From NCBI RefSeq assembly GCF_006345805.1, contig NC_043016.1, positions 7,130,001 to 7,194,000 of the forward strand: a stretch of 64,000 nucleotides of DNA, read 5' to 3'. Both the position numbers and the translations under genes were made by a program. Positions within the stretch are counted from its first letter, which is position 1, and every line of letters begins with the position of its first letter. Source of the stretch: Octopus sinensis. Its lineage: Eukaryota. A model generated the notes under the pieces. It was not told the origin of the DNA and made no database searches. It worked only from the letters and a program-made list of their open reading frames with translations. Below are positions 1-13,646 of the stretch, piece after piece.

Positions 1-3000
1 GTACTGGAACCACAAAGATACAAATTCCATTGATGTTCATCTATTTTGATTTGGTTTGATTTTGATTTTCACTTGCCTCAACAGGTCTTCACAAGTGTCA
101 CACACTTGCCTCAACAGGTCTTCACAAGTGTCATAAGAGGGAAGGTATGCACAGGTGGACTGACTACGTCGCCGGGTCTTCGGATGGTGCCTTTATGTGC
201 CACCGACACAGGTGCCAGATGAGGCTGGCGAACGGCCACGATCGGATGGTGTTTCTTGTGCCCACAGCACGGAGGCCAGTTGATGCGGTACTGGCTACGG
301 CCACGTTTGGGTGGTTTTCTTGTGTGCCACCGGCACTGGTACCACAAAGAATACAATTCCACTGATGTTCATCTATTTTGATTTGTTTTGATTTGATTTT
401 CACTTGCCTCAACAGGTCTTCATAAGTGTCACAAGAAGGAAGGTATGCAGGAGGACTGACTATGTCCCAGGTAGGGGCCACGGGTTGGCCTGACTAGTCT
501 TGCCGGGTCTTCTCACGCACAGCATACTTCCATAGGTCTCGGTCTCTAGACATTTCCTTAGTGAGACCTAAAGTTCGAAGGTCGTGCTTCACCACCTCGT
601 CCCAGGTTTTCCTGGGTCTACCTCTTCCACAGGTTCCCTCAACTGCTAGGGGTAGCACTTTTGCACACAACTATCTTCAGCCATTCTCATCACATGACCA
701 TACCAGCGCAATCGTCTCTCTTGCACACCACAACTGACGCTTCTTAGGTTCAACTTTTCTCTCAAGGAACTTACACTCTGACGATTATGAACACTGACAT
801 TACACATCCATCGGAGCATACTGGCTTCATTTCTTGCGAGCTTACGCATATCCTCAGCAGTCACGGCCCATGTTTCACTACCATGTAGCATGGCTGTACG
901 TACACATGCATCATACAGTCTGCCTTTTACTCTGAGCGAGAGGCCTTTTGTCACCAGCAGGGGTAAGAGCTCTCTAAACTTTGCCCAGGCTATTCTTACT
1001 CTAGCAGTTACACTTTCAGCACACCCGCCCCCGCTACTGACTTGGTCTCCTAGGTAGCGGAAGCTATCAACTACTTCTAGTTTGTCTCCCTGGAACGTGG
1101 CAGAAGTTGGTCTCTGCACATTTCCAGTGTTTATTGCTCCTGAGCATTTGCCACAGACAAAAACTATTTTCCTAGTTAGCCTTCCTTTGACATTGCTGCA
1201 CCTCTTATGTGTCCATAGCTTACACTTGGTGCATCTTATAGAGTTTCTACCTACACCTTTTTACAGATCGAGCAGGGCCATCTACCTGAAGGCGTTGTGA
1301 TTGATCTACCTTCCTACTTATTAGGACTTTGGTTTTGGCTAGGTTGATTCTAAGGCCCTTCGATTCTAATCCTTGTTTCCACACCTGAAACTTCTCCTCC
1401 AGTTCTGATAGTGACTCAGCAATTAGAGCAAGGTCATCAGCATAGAGGAGCTCCCAGGGGCAACCTGTCTTGAATTCCTCCGTTATTGCCTGGAGGACTA
1501 TGATAAATAGGAGGGGACTGAGGACTGAACCTTGGTGGACCCCAACCTCTACCCGGAATTCTTCACTGTACTCGTTGCCAACCCTCACCTTACTAGCAGC
1601 GTCTCTGTACATGGCTTGCACAGCTCTCACCAACCATTCTTCTATCCCTAGTTTCCTCATTGACCACCAGATAAGGGATCGGGGGACCCTGTCAAAGGCT
1701 TTCTCCAAGTCAACAAAAGCCAGGTACAAGGGCTTATCTTTGGCTAGGTATTTCTCCTGCAGCTGTCTTACCAGGAATATAGCATCAGTAGTACTTTTCC
1801 CTGGCACGAACCCAAACTGCATATCATCTAAGCTAACTCTCTCTCTAATTAGTTGGGCTATAACCCTCTCCGTAACCTTCATTACCTGATCCAGCAGCTT
1901 GATGCCCCTGTAGTTATTTGTCTCTAGGGCGTCGCCTTTACCTTTGTAGCAGTTGACTATTATGCTGCTACACCAGTCATTGGGTATGACCCCCTCGTGT
2001 ATCACCTGGTTAACTATACGGGTGACTAAGCTATAGCCGACACCACCAGATATTTTGAGCATCTCTGCAGTAATTCCTGATGGGCCTGGGGCTTTCCCTG
2101 TTTTCATGCTTCTAATTGCCTTATCTACTAAGGAACTGTTAACTCGGATTGCTGGTCCCTCTGTTGGGTCGACATTCGGCAGACTCTCTTTATCCCATTC
2201 ATTTTCTTCATTCAGCAACCTATCATAGTGGCGTCTCCAAGCCTCTCTCTTTGCATCCTCATTAAGCGCAAGTGAACCGTCATCCTTGCGAACACATTTC
2301 TCTCCTACCACGTCACGATTCTCTCTCACACACTGTCTTGCAACACGAAATACCTCAAGTCTTTCATCCTCACGACGCAGGACATTGGCAAATTTTTCCT
2401 TATCTGCCTCCCCTCTGGCTAGATAGACCTGTCTCCTGGCTTCCCTTCTGGCAGACTGATACACTTCCCTGCTACCACCGTTCTTCCAGGCCTTCCAAGC
2501 CTGTTTCTTTTGTCTAATAGCCCTGTCAACAATATTGTTCCACCACCACGTTATTTTGGGTCTTAAGGGGACTTTGCACCAGCCACAGATCTGGTCAGCG
2601 CTTTCAGCAGGTTGTCCCTCAGAAGCGTCCAGTTGTCTTCTACCCCATGCGTAGCTATACTCCCTTCCATTTCGTCTAAGGCTTCAAATAACATATCTCT
2701 AAATCTCTGTCCATTCACAGGGTCTTTAAGCTTCCAGACCCTTCTTCTCCATGTTGGTCGTCTTCTAGTCGCCCTCTTAGTCTGATCCTAAAGTCACTAA
2801 CTACCAGTCTATGTTGTGGGGTGCATTCTTCACCTGGGAAGGTTTTGGCATTTATAAGCAGCCATCTTTCCCTTTTTCTGGCAAGGATGTAGTCGATTTG
2901 GCTAGTATGCCGGCCCGATCGGTAGGTGACCAGGTGGCTTGTCGGTTTCCTGAAGTTAGTGTTGCAAATCATAAGACTATTCGCATCGCAGAACTCCAGC

Positions 3001-3830
3001 AGCCTGGTTCCCTCCTCGTTGCGGGAACCATAACCATAGCCTCCATGCACGCCATGGAAGCCCCCAGCACATCGTCCAACATGCCCATTGAAGTCACCAG
3101 CCACAAAGAGAAGGTCCCTGTCATTCGTCAATGATGTGGTCTGCAGTAGGGTGTCATAGAAACAGTCTTTCTGTCCATCAGGTAGCCCTGGCTGAGGGGC
3201 ATAGGCCGATATAATAGTTGCTAAACTATGATGGAGCACTAATCTAATCTTAATTATTCTGTCACTTACTCTGACTACCTCGATTACCTTATCTACCCAT
3301 TTTTCGGCGATAAGCATGCCCACACCCCCGACTCCGTCAGTATTCCCAGCCCAGAAAATCTTGTACCTCTGTCCTTTGCCTGTGAGGAACCTAGCAGAAC
3401 CTCCTCTCCACCTCACTTCTTGAATGCAGCATATATCAACCCACCTCCGTTCAAGCAATTCAACTATCTCGCCAGATCTGCCTTTCAGTGTGCCAACGTT
3501 GAGGGTGCCAACCCTGAGGCTGTGGGTGGGGGTGGAAGTGGTATTGGTCCTAATAGCGTCATGGACCTGAAAAGAGAACTCGCGTTTGGCAGTATTCATA
3601 GACAAACAATAGAACTTAAGTTCAAACCTCGTACACAACACTAAAATATCTTGCAATGACTGACCACTACCTTTTATGGAAGGAGGTGGGGGTGGCGTAA
3701 GACTTTGAAGTGTATAAGGGAGACAAAGATGAGAAAATTTAGGACTTCCTGTACCGGTGGTGGGGTGGGAGGGTGGGTGCACCGCGAAAACTGGCCGGCA
3801 GCCATTCCTTTCTTAGGAGAGAAATAGTTA
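1..3830 (-). mobile_element. Near full-length RTE-clade non-LTR retrotransposon (APE endonuclease + RT + PHD-like finger + C-terminus + 3'UTR), frameshifted
   Basis: ORF 2715-3782 has APE motifs (VGTLNVGTL, DICCIQEVRW, GDFNGHVG, SQIDYIL). ORF 1247-2464 has RT motifs (KAPGPSG, NYRGIKLL, QFGF, DLEKAFD, GVHQGSVLSPLLF, LLYADDL). ORF 646-1119 has the RTE C-terminus (FRYLG, RLRWYGHV). 3'UTR at 1-510 runs off the window edge. Confidence 0.95.
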
Positions 3831-5199
3831 TTAGTAGCTATAAATACCTAAATTTTGCCTAATCTATGGGAGAAGCGTGAACGATAAAGAGCTATAAATT
3901 ATAAATACATTTATTCTATATCTACGAGGCGTGAGACTGATCGATAAAATAAAATTAGGGGCAAGCTTTAAGATTAAATATATATTTAACACAAGACATG
4001 AGACAACGATATATAATTAAGATGAACTATAGAATTATATGTACATATAAAAAAAAGACACAAGGCGTGAGGCTAAATTTCACAAGTCATAACAATAATA
4101 CTAATAGAGATAAAACAGGGCTAACTAAAAGATTTATATATATAATATATTATTATATATAATTATATATATATATATAATTATACACACACACCTATAT
4201 ATATATATTTATATTTATATTATATATATTTATATTTATATATATATATATATAATATATATATATATATATAATGGATGAGTACATTGTGTGTGAGTGT
4301 GGAAGTTGCCTAAATTAATGAAAGTTCGTTTATAGTTTCCTTCCTGTTTTTCCATGATAATGAAATAGGTCAGCTTCGTTTGAAACTAGAGAATTGTTCT
4401 GAACAAATAAAACAATAGAGAGAAGAAAAAAAAAGGAAACAAAAGAAAATTAGAACAAAAAAGAATTGTGTCACCTTTACCACCACCACCACCACCACCA
4501 TCATCATCACCATCACCACTTCTACTATCCCCATCATGATTACCACCACCACTACAGCTATAACCACCACAACAGCTATAAGAAGAACAGCAGTACTACC
4601 ATAGTAGTCTTCAACAATGGGAAAGCATCTCAGTGGTCACTCACTCTGCTAGAAAAAGTAGCTGAACCTCCCTCAAATCACATCGTTACAGCCTTAAGTA
4701 GTGCCACACACATTTTTGTTCAGTCCTTTTTAATTTTTTTCATTCCTTAAATCTTTTCCTTTTTTAAATTAATAAGGTGCTAAAAGTATTGTGGCACAAA
4801 ATCAGTTTTTCTAATAAAATAAAATATATATACTAGAGTTAAGATGCTTAAAATTGTGCTTGGTTGATTTGAGTGATCAAAAACTGTTGAAGGTGGTTGT
4901 TGTTTGTTCCTTCTCGAGCCATGCCTGGCTCATAACGGCCGGTTTCCTGGTTTCCTTGGCGTATAGGTTCCCCACCTGGACGGGACGCCGGTCCGTCGCA
5001 GGTGAGCTGCAAGATGCAGGAGGAAAGAGTGAGAGAAAGTTGTGGCAAAAGAGTCAGCAGAAGTCTCGCCATTACCTTCTGCTGGAGCCGCGTGGAGCTT
5101 AGGTGTTTCGCTTATAAACACACACATCGCCCGATCTGAGATTCGAACCCGCGACCCCTCGACCATGAGTCTGCTGCTCTAACCACTAGGCCATGTGCC

Positions 5200-8100
5200 T
5201 CCACTGTTGAAGGTGGTGCCCAAACATTGCCATTCATATGGCACCTTGGACAGTAGGACATTGAGTTGTTTCTTGAAAACATCTACCCTTACTCCACGAA
5301 GCTCCCTCAGATATTTTGGCAAGGTATTAAATTACTGTGGGGCCCTTGAATCCCAAGCTGCTGTAAGTACATGATCCTCACTGTAGATGGGATTGCTGGC
5401 ACCTTTGGAAGAGTACAGTGACACCTAGTTTGGGGGTTGGTATAGCTCTTGATACTAAAGTTTGGTGCCAGTCCTTCCAGAATCTTCCATACATATATCT
5501 ATTTCTTTACTACCCACAAGGGGCTAAACACAGAGGGGACAAACAAGGACAGACAAATGGATTAAGTCGATTACATCGACCCCAGTGCGTAACTGGTACT
5601 TAATTTATCGACTCCGAAAGGATGAAAGGCAAAGTCGACCTCGGCGGAATTTGAACCCAAAACGTAATGGCAGACGAAATACGGCTATGCATTTCACCTG
5701 GCGTGCTAACGTTCTGCCAGCTCGCCACCTCACATACATCACTGCATATCTCCCCTGTCTTTGCTCCAGGGAATATAGTCATAGTTCTTTCAGTCTCTTC
5801 CAGTAGCTCATCTGCTCCATTGATGCAATCTTCCTGGTGCAACACTACTGAACTGTCTCAGATTGTGCTGTGGGATGACCACAGTTGAGAACAGTGGTCC
5901 TGATGGCTGAATACAAATGTCCTCCATAGAACTAGCATAGTTTCCTGGTCCCTTATTCTGAAAGTTTTCAGAATCCATTCAGCCATTTCCTTGCTTATTG
6001 TCACCATCTTGGTGATATGTACTTGCAACAAGACCTTCATTGCACATATCTGTTTCTTTACTACCCACAAGGGGCTAAAACATAGAGGGGACAAACAAAG
6101 ACAGAGAAACGGATCAAGTTGATTACATCGACCCCAGTGCGTAACTGGTACTTAATTTATCGACCCCGAAAGGATGAAAGGCAAAGTCGGCCTCGGTGGA
6201 ATTTGAACTCAGAATGTATCAGCAGACAAAATACCTATTTCTATTTCTTTATTGCCCACAAGGGGCTAAGCACAGAGGGGACAAACAAAGACAGAGAAAC
6301 GGATCAAGTTGATTACATCGACCCCAGTGCGTAACTGGTACTTAATTTATCGACCCCGAAAGGATGAAAGGCAAAGTCGGCCTTGGTGGAATTTGAACTC
6401 AGAATGTATCAGCAGACAAAATACCTATTTCTATTTCTTTATTGCCCACAAGGGGCTAAACATAGAGGGGACAAACAAAGACAGAGAAACGGATCAAATC
6501 GATTACATCGACTCCAGTGCATAACTGGTATTTAATTTATCGATCCCGAAAGGATGAAAGGCAAAGTCGGCCTCGGTGGAATTTGAACTCAGAATGTATC
6601 AGCAGACAAAATACCTATTTCTATTTCTTTATTGCCCACAAGGGGCTAAACATAGAGGGGACAAACAAAGACAGAGAAACGGATCAAATCGATTACATCG
6701 ACCCCAGTGCGTAACTGGTACTTAATTTATCGACCCCGAAAGGTTGAAAGGCAAAGTCGGCCTCGGTGGAATTTGAACTCAGAACGTAGCAACGGGTGAA
6801 ATACTGCGAAGCACTTCGCCCAGCATGCTAACGTCTCTGCCAGCTCGCCACCCTATATTGTTGCTCATATCAATCCCCAGATGACGTACTGTACTTGACC
6901 CTGGGGTTTCAGCTCCTTTTAGTCCAAAGATTTGCCGTTGCAGCATGTGAGTACTGGCTAGCTAACAGCGGAGAACTTGGAAGTTACTGGTATTAAACTA
7001 CCTGGTCTTTCTGGGGAAGATTCGCTGTGGGAGGTTCCTTGACTGCTTGTACTACTTTTGTGTCATCAGCCTAGCTTGTAAGTGTGGCTGTTTGCATGTC
7101 TGAGAGAGCCACCATTAACATCCACAAACCCAAAACAGTTCCCTGAGGCACTCCACTCTCAATTACTGTCTCCTCAGAGAGGGCCTCATTGGCTTGGCTT
7201 ATGTCTCTTAAGAATTCATGTCACCACTCTCCCAGTTTTCTGACTATGCCAAATTTCCAGATTCGAAAGCTCTGCATTTTTTTTTTACGTGGATTAAAAA
7301 AAAATTCGAAAAAAGTTAAAAATCAAGAAATTGGGGTGAGGGAAATAAAAATTTTGAAAACGGGATTTTTGGGCAAAATCGTATTCTCCTATATCGATAA
7401 ACAGAAATCCGAAGAAATTTTTGAAAAAGAAAAAAAGACACCGGAAATGGGTGGTGCACATGTCCTTTACCTTCGCCCAACCCTCATGCCTATGTTAGAA
7501 ACAATTATTATCTGTATGTTATTTACATTCATCATGCATGGTTTCTGTTGAATTTATTTTTGTCTTTGAATAATTGAGATATATCACATACATGTTTCAT
7601 TAGTTGTTTCATCATCCAGTCATAATGCTGCAAAAACGGTAAGACAGCTTCTTCCTGAGCAGAAACCATGCTGAGTGTCAGGGAGCAAGTTATTATCTTC
7701 AAAGAATGTGATCAGTTTCCTCCTTACAATGCATTCCATAACCTATGGATAGAATATACTATATCATTCTTTAACTTTTAGGGAAGTCTCCCAGTAATGA
7801 GGAAGCTCCGGAAGAGGATCTGTAGTGGTCTTACTTGAGCCCTTTTGCATTTTTCTATAGGGATTGTTGGGAATCCATCAGGGCCTGTGGCTGAGTTTGA
7901 ACTCATTTCATAAATGGCTGATATTACATCTGTTTCCTCTATTTCGATGTTATCAATAATTGTCATCTCTTTGAGTAGTGCTGTGATGTTGAAGAACTCA
8001 ATAGGCATAGCTATTTGCAAGTGCCCCAATGGAGTTGTGAAAACATTCTTGTATTGCACAGTCAGTGATCTTCTGAGGTCTGCAGTCAGTCAAACAGTGG

Positions 8101-9900
8101 CCCTGTCTTGTACTCTACTGAAGCAGACTCGTTTGCAAATCTATAGATTTTAGTTTCGTTTTTGGATTTGGTTTGCAAGATTCTTTATATGAGTTTGTGT
8201 GTTGAAGCATATTCTATTGTGTCTGGGGAGAGTCATTTTCTTTTCGTGTCTTATTATGTAACACACTCACCGGTAAAATTTCCACTTTTTTCTTATTTTT
8301 ATTGTCCTAAAATTTTCGTTGCGTCTTGCAACCTTTTCAATAGTTCTATAGATTTTAGGTTTTGTCTTTATATTTTTGATATCCCTGGCTGCTTTCTCTG
8401 CCCTTTCCTTTACATGGGAGTGGTTGAGGTTGTTTTTGATATTGAAAATTGTTTGTTTGGGATAGGATCATTTGTTATACATTTGTGGTCCATTTAGACG
8501 GTTTGAAAATTTTGCTCATTGTCTCATTAGAATCCTCCTATCTCTGGGGATTATATTTTTCTGTTAGTTTTGCATTCTCTCTGGAGCAAACTTATTGCTT
8601 ATGTCATGCATGATTGTCATTGAGTGTTGTATCTTTGTCAATATTTTGCATAGAGACTGGTAGACCAGTTTTGTTGTTCCATAACATCTTTCTCAATACA
8701 GGTCTGAGAGAATCATTGGTGTCACCTTAACATTATAGATGAGCACCATGCTATTTGTGAATGAGAGGTCCAGGACATCTTTTCCCCCTTGTTGGGACTA
8801 TTTGTTCCATAAAAAGCATGTTTGTGAGGTTGAACTGAGACTCTGCTTGCTCCTATTACTGCAGTGACATACCTGAGAGGAGACAAGCGCTCAGGCCAAT
8901 CGTCATTAGGGTGGTTGAAGTCTGCTAACAGAAGTGTGTGAAGGCTGACATCAATGCTGGTCAATACTTCATCCATCTTTTTGAAGCTCTCTTTGAATGA
9001 GTCCCCATGATTTGCAACATCTGATAAGTGATATGTAGTAAATGCTACCATTTTCATCTGCATAATGTGTACCACCAAAGAGTTACAGACTGAATTTGAG
9101 TGTGACATTTCCCTGATGTCCACTGCAACACCACCAAGGGTCCTCCCTCTCTCTTGTCAATTTGCAGTGCAACATACTTTGTTATGTGTATCTCAGCATC
9201 TGATATGTCAATGTTTAGATGTGTTTCTGTCAGTGTCATGCATATTCTTTGATTACTTGTCACTGTTACGACCAGGCTATCAGATGTTGCTACACATCGC
9301 TGGTCACAATGCGCTTCGCATTGTTTTAGCCTTCAAATGACGCCACCCTGCTGGCTAAGCGAGCAGGTCAACAGAAGAAAGTGAGAGAAAGTTGCAGTAA
9401 AAGAGTACAGCAGGGATTGCCACCACCCCTGCTGGAGCCTCGTGGAGCATTTTAGGTGTTTTCGCTCAATAAACACTCACAACGCCCGGTCTGGGAATTG
9501 AAACCCTGATTTTGCATTGGTGGGTTGTTACAGGAATACTGGTTTGACATATAGTATGTCTGTAGTGATCATTGGTCTGACATGTGTAGAGGTGTAAGAG
9601 GTAGCCACCCTATATCTTTTTGTTGTTTGAGGTAATCTTAGGTACTGGTACATGTTTCTCAAATTCAATGTCTGATGGAACCGGGTCAGCTGCCTTACAA
9701 CCTTCTGTGCCATTTCCCCCCAAAAGACATTTGTTCAGCTGCTGTTGCCCATGCTGCATCCATATTTTGTTTCCTCTTAGGAGTAGTGCATGCACTATCC
9801 ACATCTTTCCATGGTGTAAGGTTGTACTTCATGACCTGGTTTTATGTCCCCGAGGACAGTTTTTCCTGGCCTTGGAAAAATGAACTGCATTAATTGATTT
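5200..9900 (-). mobile_element. Fragmented CR1-like LINE (possible ORF1 remnant, APE, RT, C-terminus) with nested younger insertions
   Basis: TETHLNIDISDAEIHI (9054-9263) and LLADFNHPNDDW (8722-9123) are APE motifs. SATGPDGFP...LQILFRSFLITGRLP (7778-8059), SGVPQGTVLG and *ADDTK (about 7050-7170) are RT motifs. WILKTFRIRD...DHCSQLWS (5858-6094) is the CR1 C-terminus. The ORF1 assignment of 9540-9900 is tentative. Confidence 0.8.
8154..8344. mobile_element. ~190-bp retroposed element X with 14-bp TSD
   Basis: TSD tctatagattttag at 8140-8153 and 8345-8358. It interrupts the CR1 frame. Homolog at 40794-41108. Confidence 0.8.
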
Positions 9901-11469
9901 TCACGCATTCTTTGGGCGGGGTTCATATAGTGCTTGATTAGTGTGTATATGTATGTATATGTATATATATTAGTATGTAGAAACATTGCCAGATTAGACT
10001 GGAGCCTGGTGCAGCCTTCTGGCTTCCCAGAACCCCGGTCGAACCGTCCAACCCATGCTAGCATGGAGAACGGACGTTAAACGACGATGATGATGATGAT
10101 GATGTATATGTATATATATATATATATATATATTGCTTGATTAGTATATATATGTATATATATGTATACTGATATATATGTATATGTATGTATATGTATA
10201 TTAATATATATGTATGTATGTGAGTGTGTGTATGTGTGTGTGCATGTATGTTATTGTCTTGTTGCCTTGACATCACATGATAGTTGTAAATGAAAATCAA
10301 TGCCATGGAAGTGTTGTCTTTCATTTCCAATATCATATGTAAACATGCATGGTCATGAGGAGATCTTTACCTTACTTAGAAAGAGGTGTGGGTTAGCAAA
10401 AGGATGGCCTTAGAAAATCCGCTTCAACAAAATGTTGTCCTGTTTGTGTGGGTTAGAGTTAGGAAAAGTTGACATTAAAATACGCTGATGATGATATATT
10501 TCAAAGTATTATTAAAATTGCTTTAAAACATAGGGGGACACTTTCATAGCATTGAATTAGTGAATTAAAAACACTAAATTTAAAAAACAAATATTTGGGT
10601 ATTTTTAACTGCCCCCTTCTCCTTTCCAAATAATACCATACCCGATGGCTATAATGTGACACATGTGTTCCCCATGGCACAGTGTTTAGAAATGTCTTCA
10701 TTTGTTAATTTAGTCATTTTTTTTTTCTTACAACCAGGCTACACATCGCTGGTCACAATGTGCTTTATTGTTTTAGCCTTCAAATGATGCCACCCCGCTG
10801 GCTAAGTGAGCAGGCCTACAGAAGAAAGAATGAGAGAAAGTTAGAGCAAAAGAGTACAGCAGGGATCGCCACCAGCCCCTGCCGGAGCCTCGTGGAGTTT
10901 TAGGTGCTTTCGCTCAACAAACACTCACAACGCCCGGTCTGGGAATCGAAACCATGATCCTACGACTGTGAGTCCACTGCCCTAACCACTGGTCCATTGT
11001 GCCTCCACAATTTAGTCACAGATATATAATATACTACATTAGGTAGATAAGGATCATCATGGCTACGATCACTTTCTGGATTATACTGTAGCATGTCAGC
11101 TTAATCAGAGCAGACCTAGGGCTAAACAATAGAAAACAACAGCTATAACAAACCCTTATTTATTATTTTAAACCTTTAATCCCTCGCTGATTAAAACTAC
11201 CCTTTTTTTCTTTTTTGATATTTAACAAAATTTGAAACATAACTTGTAAAACTTATATAAATGATTTATTAACCACGAACATTCGTCCTTCACTGGAGTG
11301 CTCAACTCTTGGTAGAGTCATAGGGCTGCAAGTAGGATGTATTAGCAGTTAGTGTTTAACACAATGAATTGGCAAAGTTATCAGGGTTTGAATAGAATGC
11401 TTTGCAGTACTCATGCTGGTTATGGTAGTCTGTTCATATCTCTGCTGGACTTACTTTACTTTCATCTCC

Positions 11470-11529
<60 letters not shown>

Positions 11530-12025
11530 CAGGTGTTTGAGTCTAAGTATTCATGTACACAATTCATCATTGTCATCATTTAATGTCCATTCCATGCTGG
11601 TATGGGTTGGCAGGGGCTGGCTAAGCTGAAAACTGCACCAAGCTTCACAGTCTTATTTTAAGAGGATTTTTATGGCTGGATGCCCTTCCTAATATCAACC
11701 ACTTTACAGGGTGGACTATAATTGTGTATTTACATTCATATGTATGTGTATATGTAAAAATGCATGTATATATACACGTGTGTGTGTGTGTGGCTATATA
11801 GATTGATTGGCAGACACACAGACAGATATATCTGTTTGTGTGAGAGGTTGGGTGGGTGTGTATACCTACCTATCTACCTACCTACCTACCTACCTACATA
11901 CGTATCTACCTACCTACATACCTACCTACCTACATACCTACCTACAACTCACCCACCTACCCATATCAACAAGAGAAAGATGTCTTCGACATCTTAAAGC
12001 TGGTGGAGTCCATATTCATCTAGGT

Positions 12026-13043
12026 TATGGGTCACTAAACTACGGCTCATGGGATAGATCTGGCCTGCGACGTCAATTTGTCTGGTGCACTGTCGTATAC
12101 TGGAAAAAATAAACATGCTTTTATACAGCTTCTTACACTTCTTAGATTACGTATGTCGTATGTATACTGAGTCAGTCAACGTCACATGCTATGTATTTCA
12201 CGCACCATAATAATTACTACAGTATATCACATGTGCCTCGGGCCAGTCAGTTATTAGTGATTACAATTAAAATGAGAATATCTGATGCTGAGGCCTAAGA
12301 CTGCTTTTGTTTTTTCTTCACTCATCATTGGGGCTACTAAGAAAAGAAAGGTTGATGATGAATGTCGCATTTTCAATAAAGAATGGGGAGAAAAGTACTT
12401 CTTTGTGGAAACAAACAACCAGAAAGCTAGTTGCCTGATATGCAATGAAAGTGTTGCTGTTATGAAAGAATACAATATTCGTCGTCACTATGAAGCAAAA
12501 CATCTCTCAACACATTCTAAATATTCTGGGAAGTTGCAGTCCGAGAAATTTGAATCTATGAAACATAGTTTGGAATCTCAAAGGAATTTCTTTATAAAAA
12601 AGTTTGTTGAAAATGAATCTATCTCTTGTGTAAATTACAAAATAGTGAATAAGTTGGCAGAGCAAGGAAAACCATTTACTGATGGAAACTTTCTAAAAGA
12701 GTGCATGATGGAAGTAGCAAATGACTTGTGTCCTGCAAAAGCTAACATGTTTGGCTGTATCAGCCTTTCAGCAAGTTCAGTTGTGTGGAGAATAGAAGAA
12801 CTTGGAGAGAATATACTGTTACAGATACATGAGAAAGCTAAGAAATTTTTGTGGTATTCTCTCGCGATAGATGAGTCTACTGATCTCTCTAGTATATCAC
12901 AACCTCTTGTGGTCATCGGTGGTGTTAATTGCAACTTTGAGATTATAGAAGAATAGGCATCGATTTGCAGTATACATGGAACAAAAACTGGAGAAGATAT
13001 TTTCATAGAGGTGCAGAAAACCTTGCAAAACTATAACCTTCAG
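12026..13043 (+). mobile_element. hAT (Charlie/SPIN-like, GTF2IRD2-type) DNA transposon: left end + truncated transposase
   Basis: ORF 12285-12956 has KRKVDDECRIFNKEW, BED finger CLIC...RRHYEAKH and catalytic YSLAIDESTD. A nonsense codon at 12954-56 is followed by in-frame continuation to about 13043. Left TIR-like tatgggtcactaaactacggc at 12026 is preceded by ATCTAGGT, similar to the NTCTAGAN target of Charlie elements. Right end not found. Confidence 0.88.
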
Positions 13044-13303
13044 GGCTGCTAGACTGGCTCCTCTGCACCTTTTAACACTTTTTAAGTGTGGCCGTTGCCA
13101 GTACCGCCTGACTGGCCCTTGTGCTGGTGGCACATAAAAGCAGCCACTACACTCTCAGAGTGGTTGGCGTTGGGAAGGGCATCCTGCTGTAGAAACTCTG
13201 CCAGATCAGATTGTAGCCTGGTGCAGCCATCTGGTTCGCCAGCCCTCTGTCAAACCCTCCAACCCATGCCAGCATGGAAAGTGGACGTTAAATGATGATG
13301 ACG

Positions 13304-13347
<44 letters not shown>

Positions 13348-13405
13348 TATATGTATGTATGTATGGATATACATATATATAAAATAATATATATATATAT
13401 ATAAA

Positions 13406-13451
<46 letters not shown>

Positions 13452-13614
13452 ATATATATATACGTATTTTAAAATAGTGTACATTTAAACACAAAAGAAA
13501 AATTTGTGTTTAAATGTACGCTATTTTAAAATGCGAATATGTTGTCTATTGACTGTTTATACATGCTAGGCCACTGGTGGTGAAATTTATAACGAATATT
13601 CGCTGCCCTATATA

Positions 13615-13646
<32 letters not shown>

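Noticed and set aside
1470-1889. Antisense ORFs over RTE, hAT and PLE coding regions (e.g. 1470, 12635, 27572, 52467, 60177, 61006)
   Set aside because: Shadow ORFs on the opposite strand of recognisable transposon genes.
7189-7551. 120-aa Lys-rich ORF
   Set aside because: An A-rich, homopolymer-laden insert within a CR1 remnant, with no recognisable domain.
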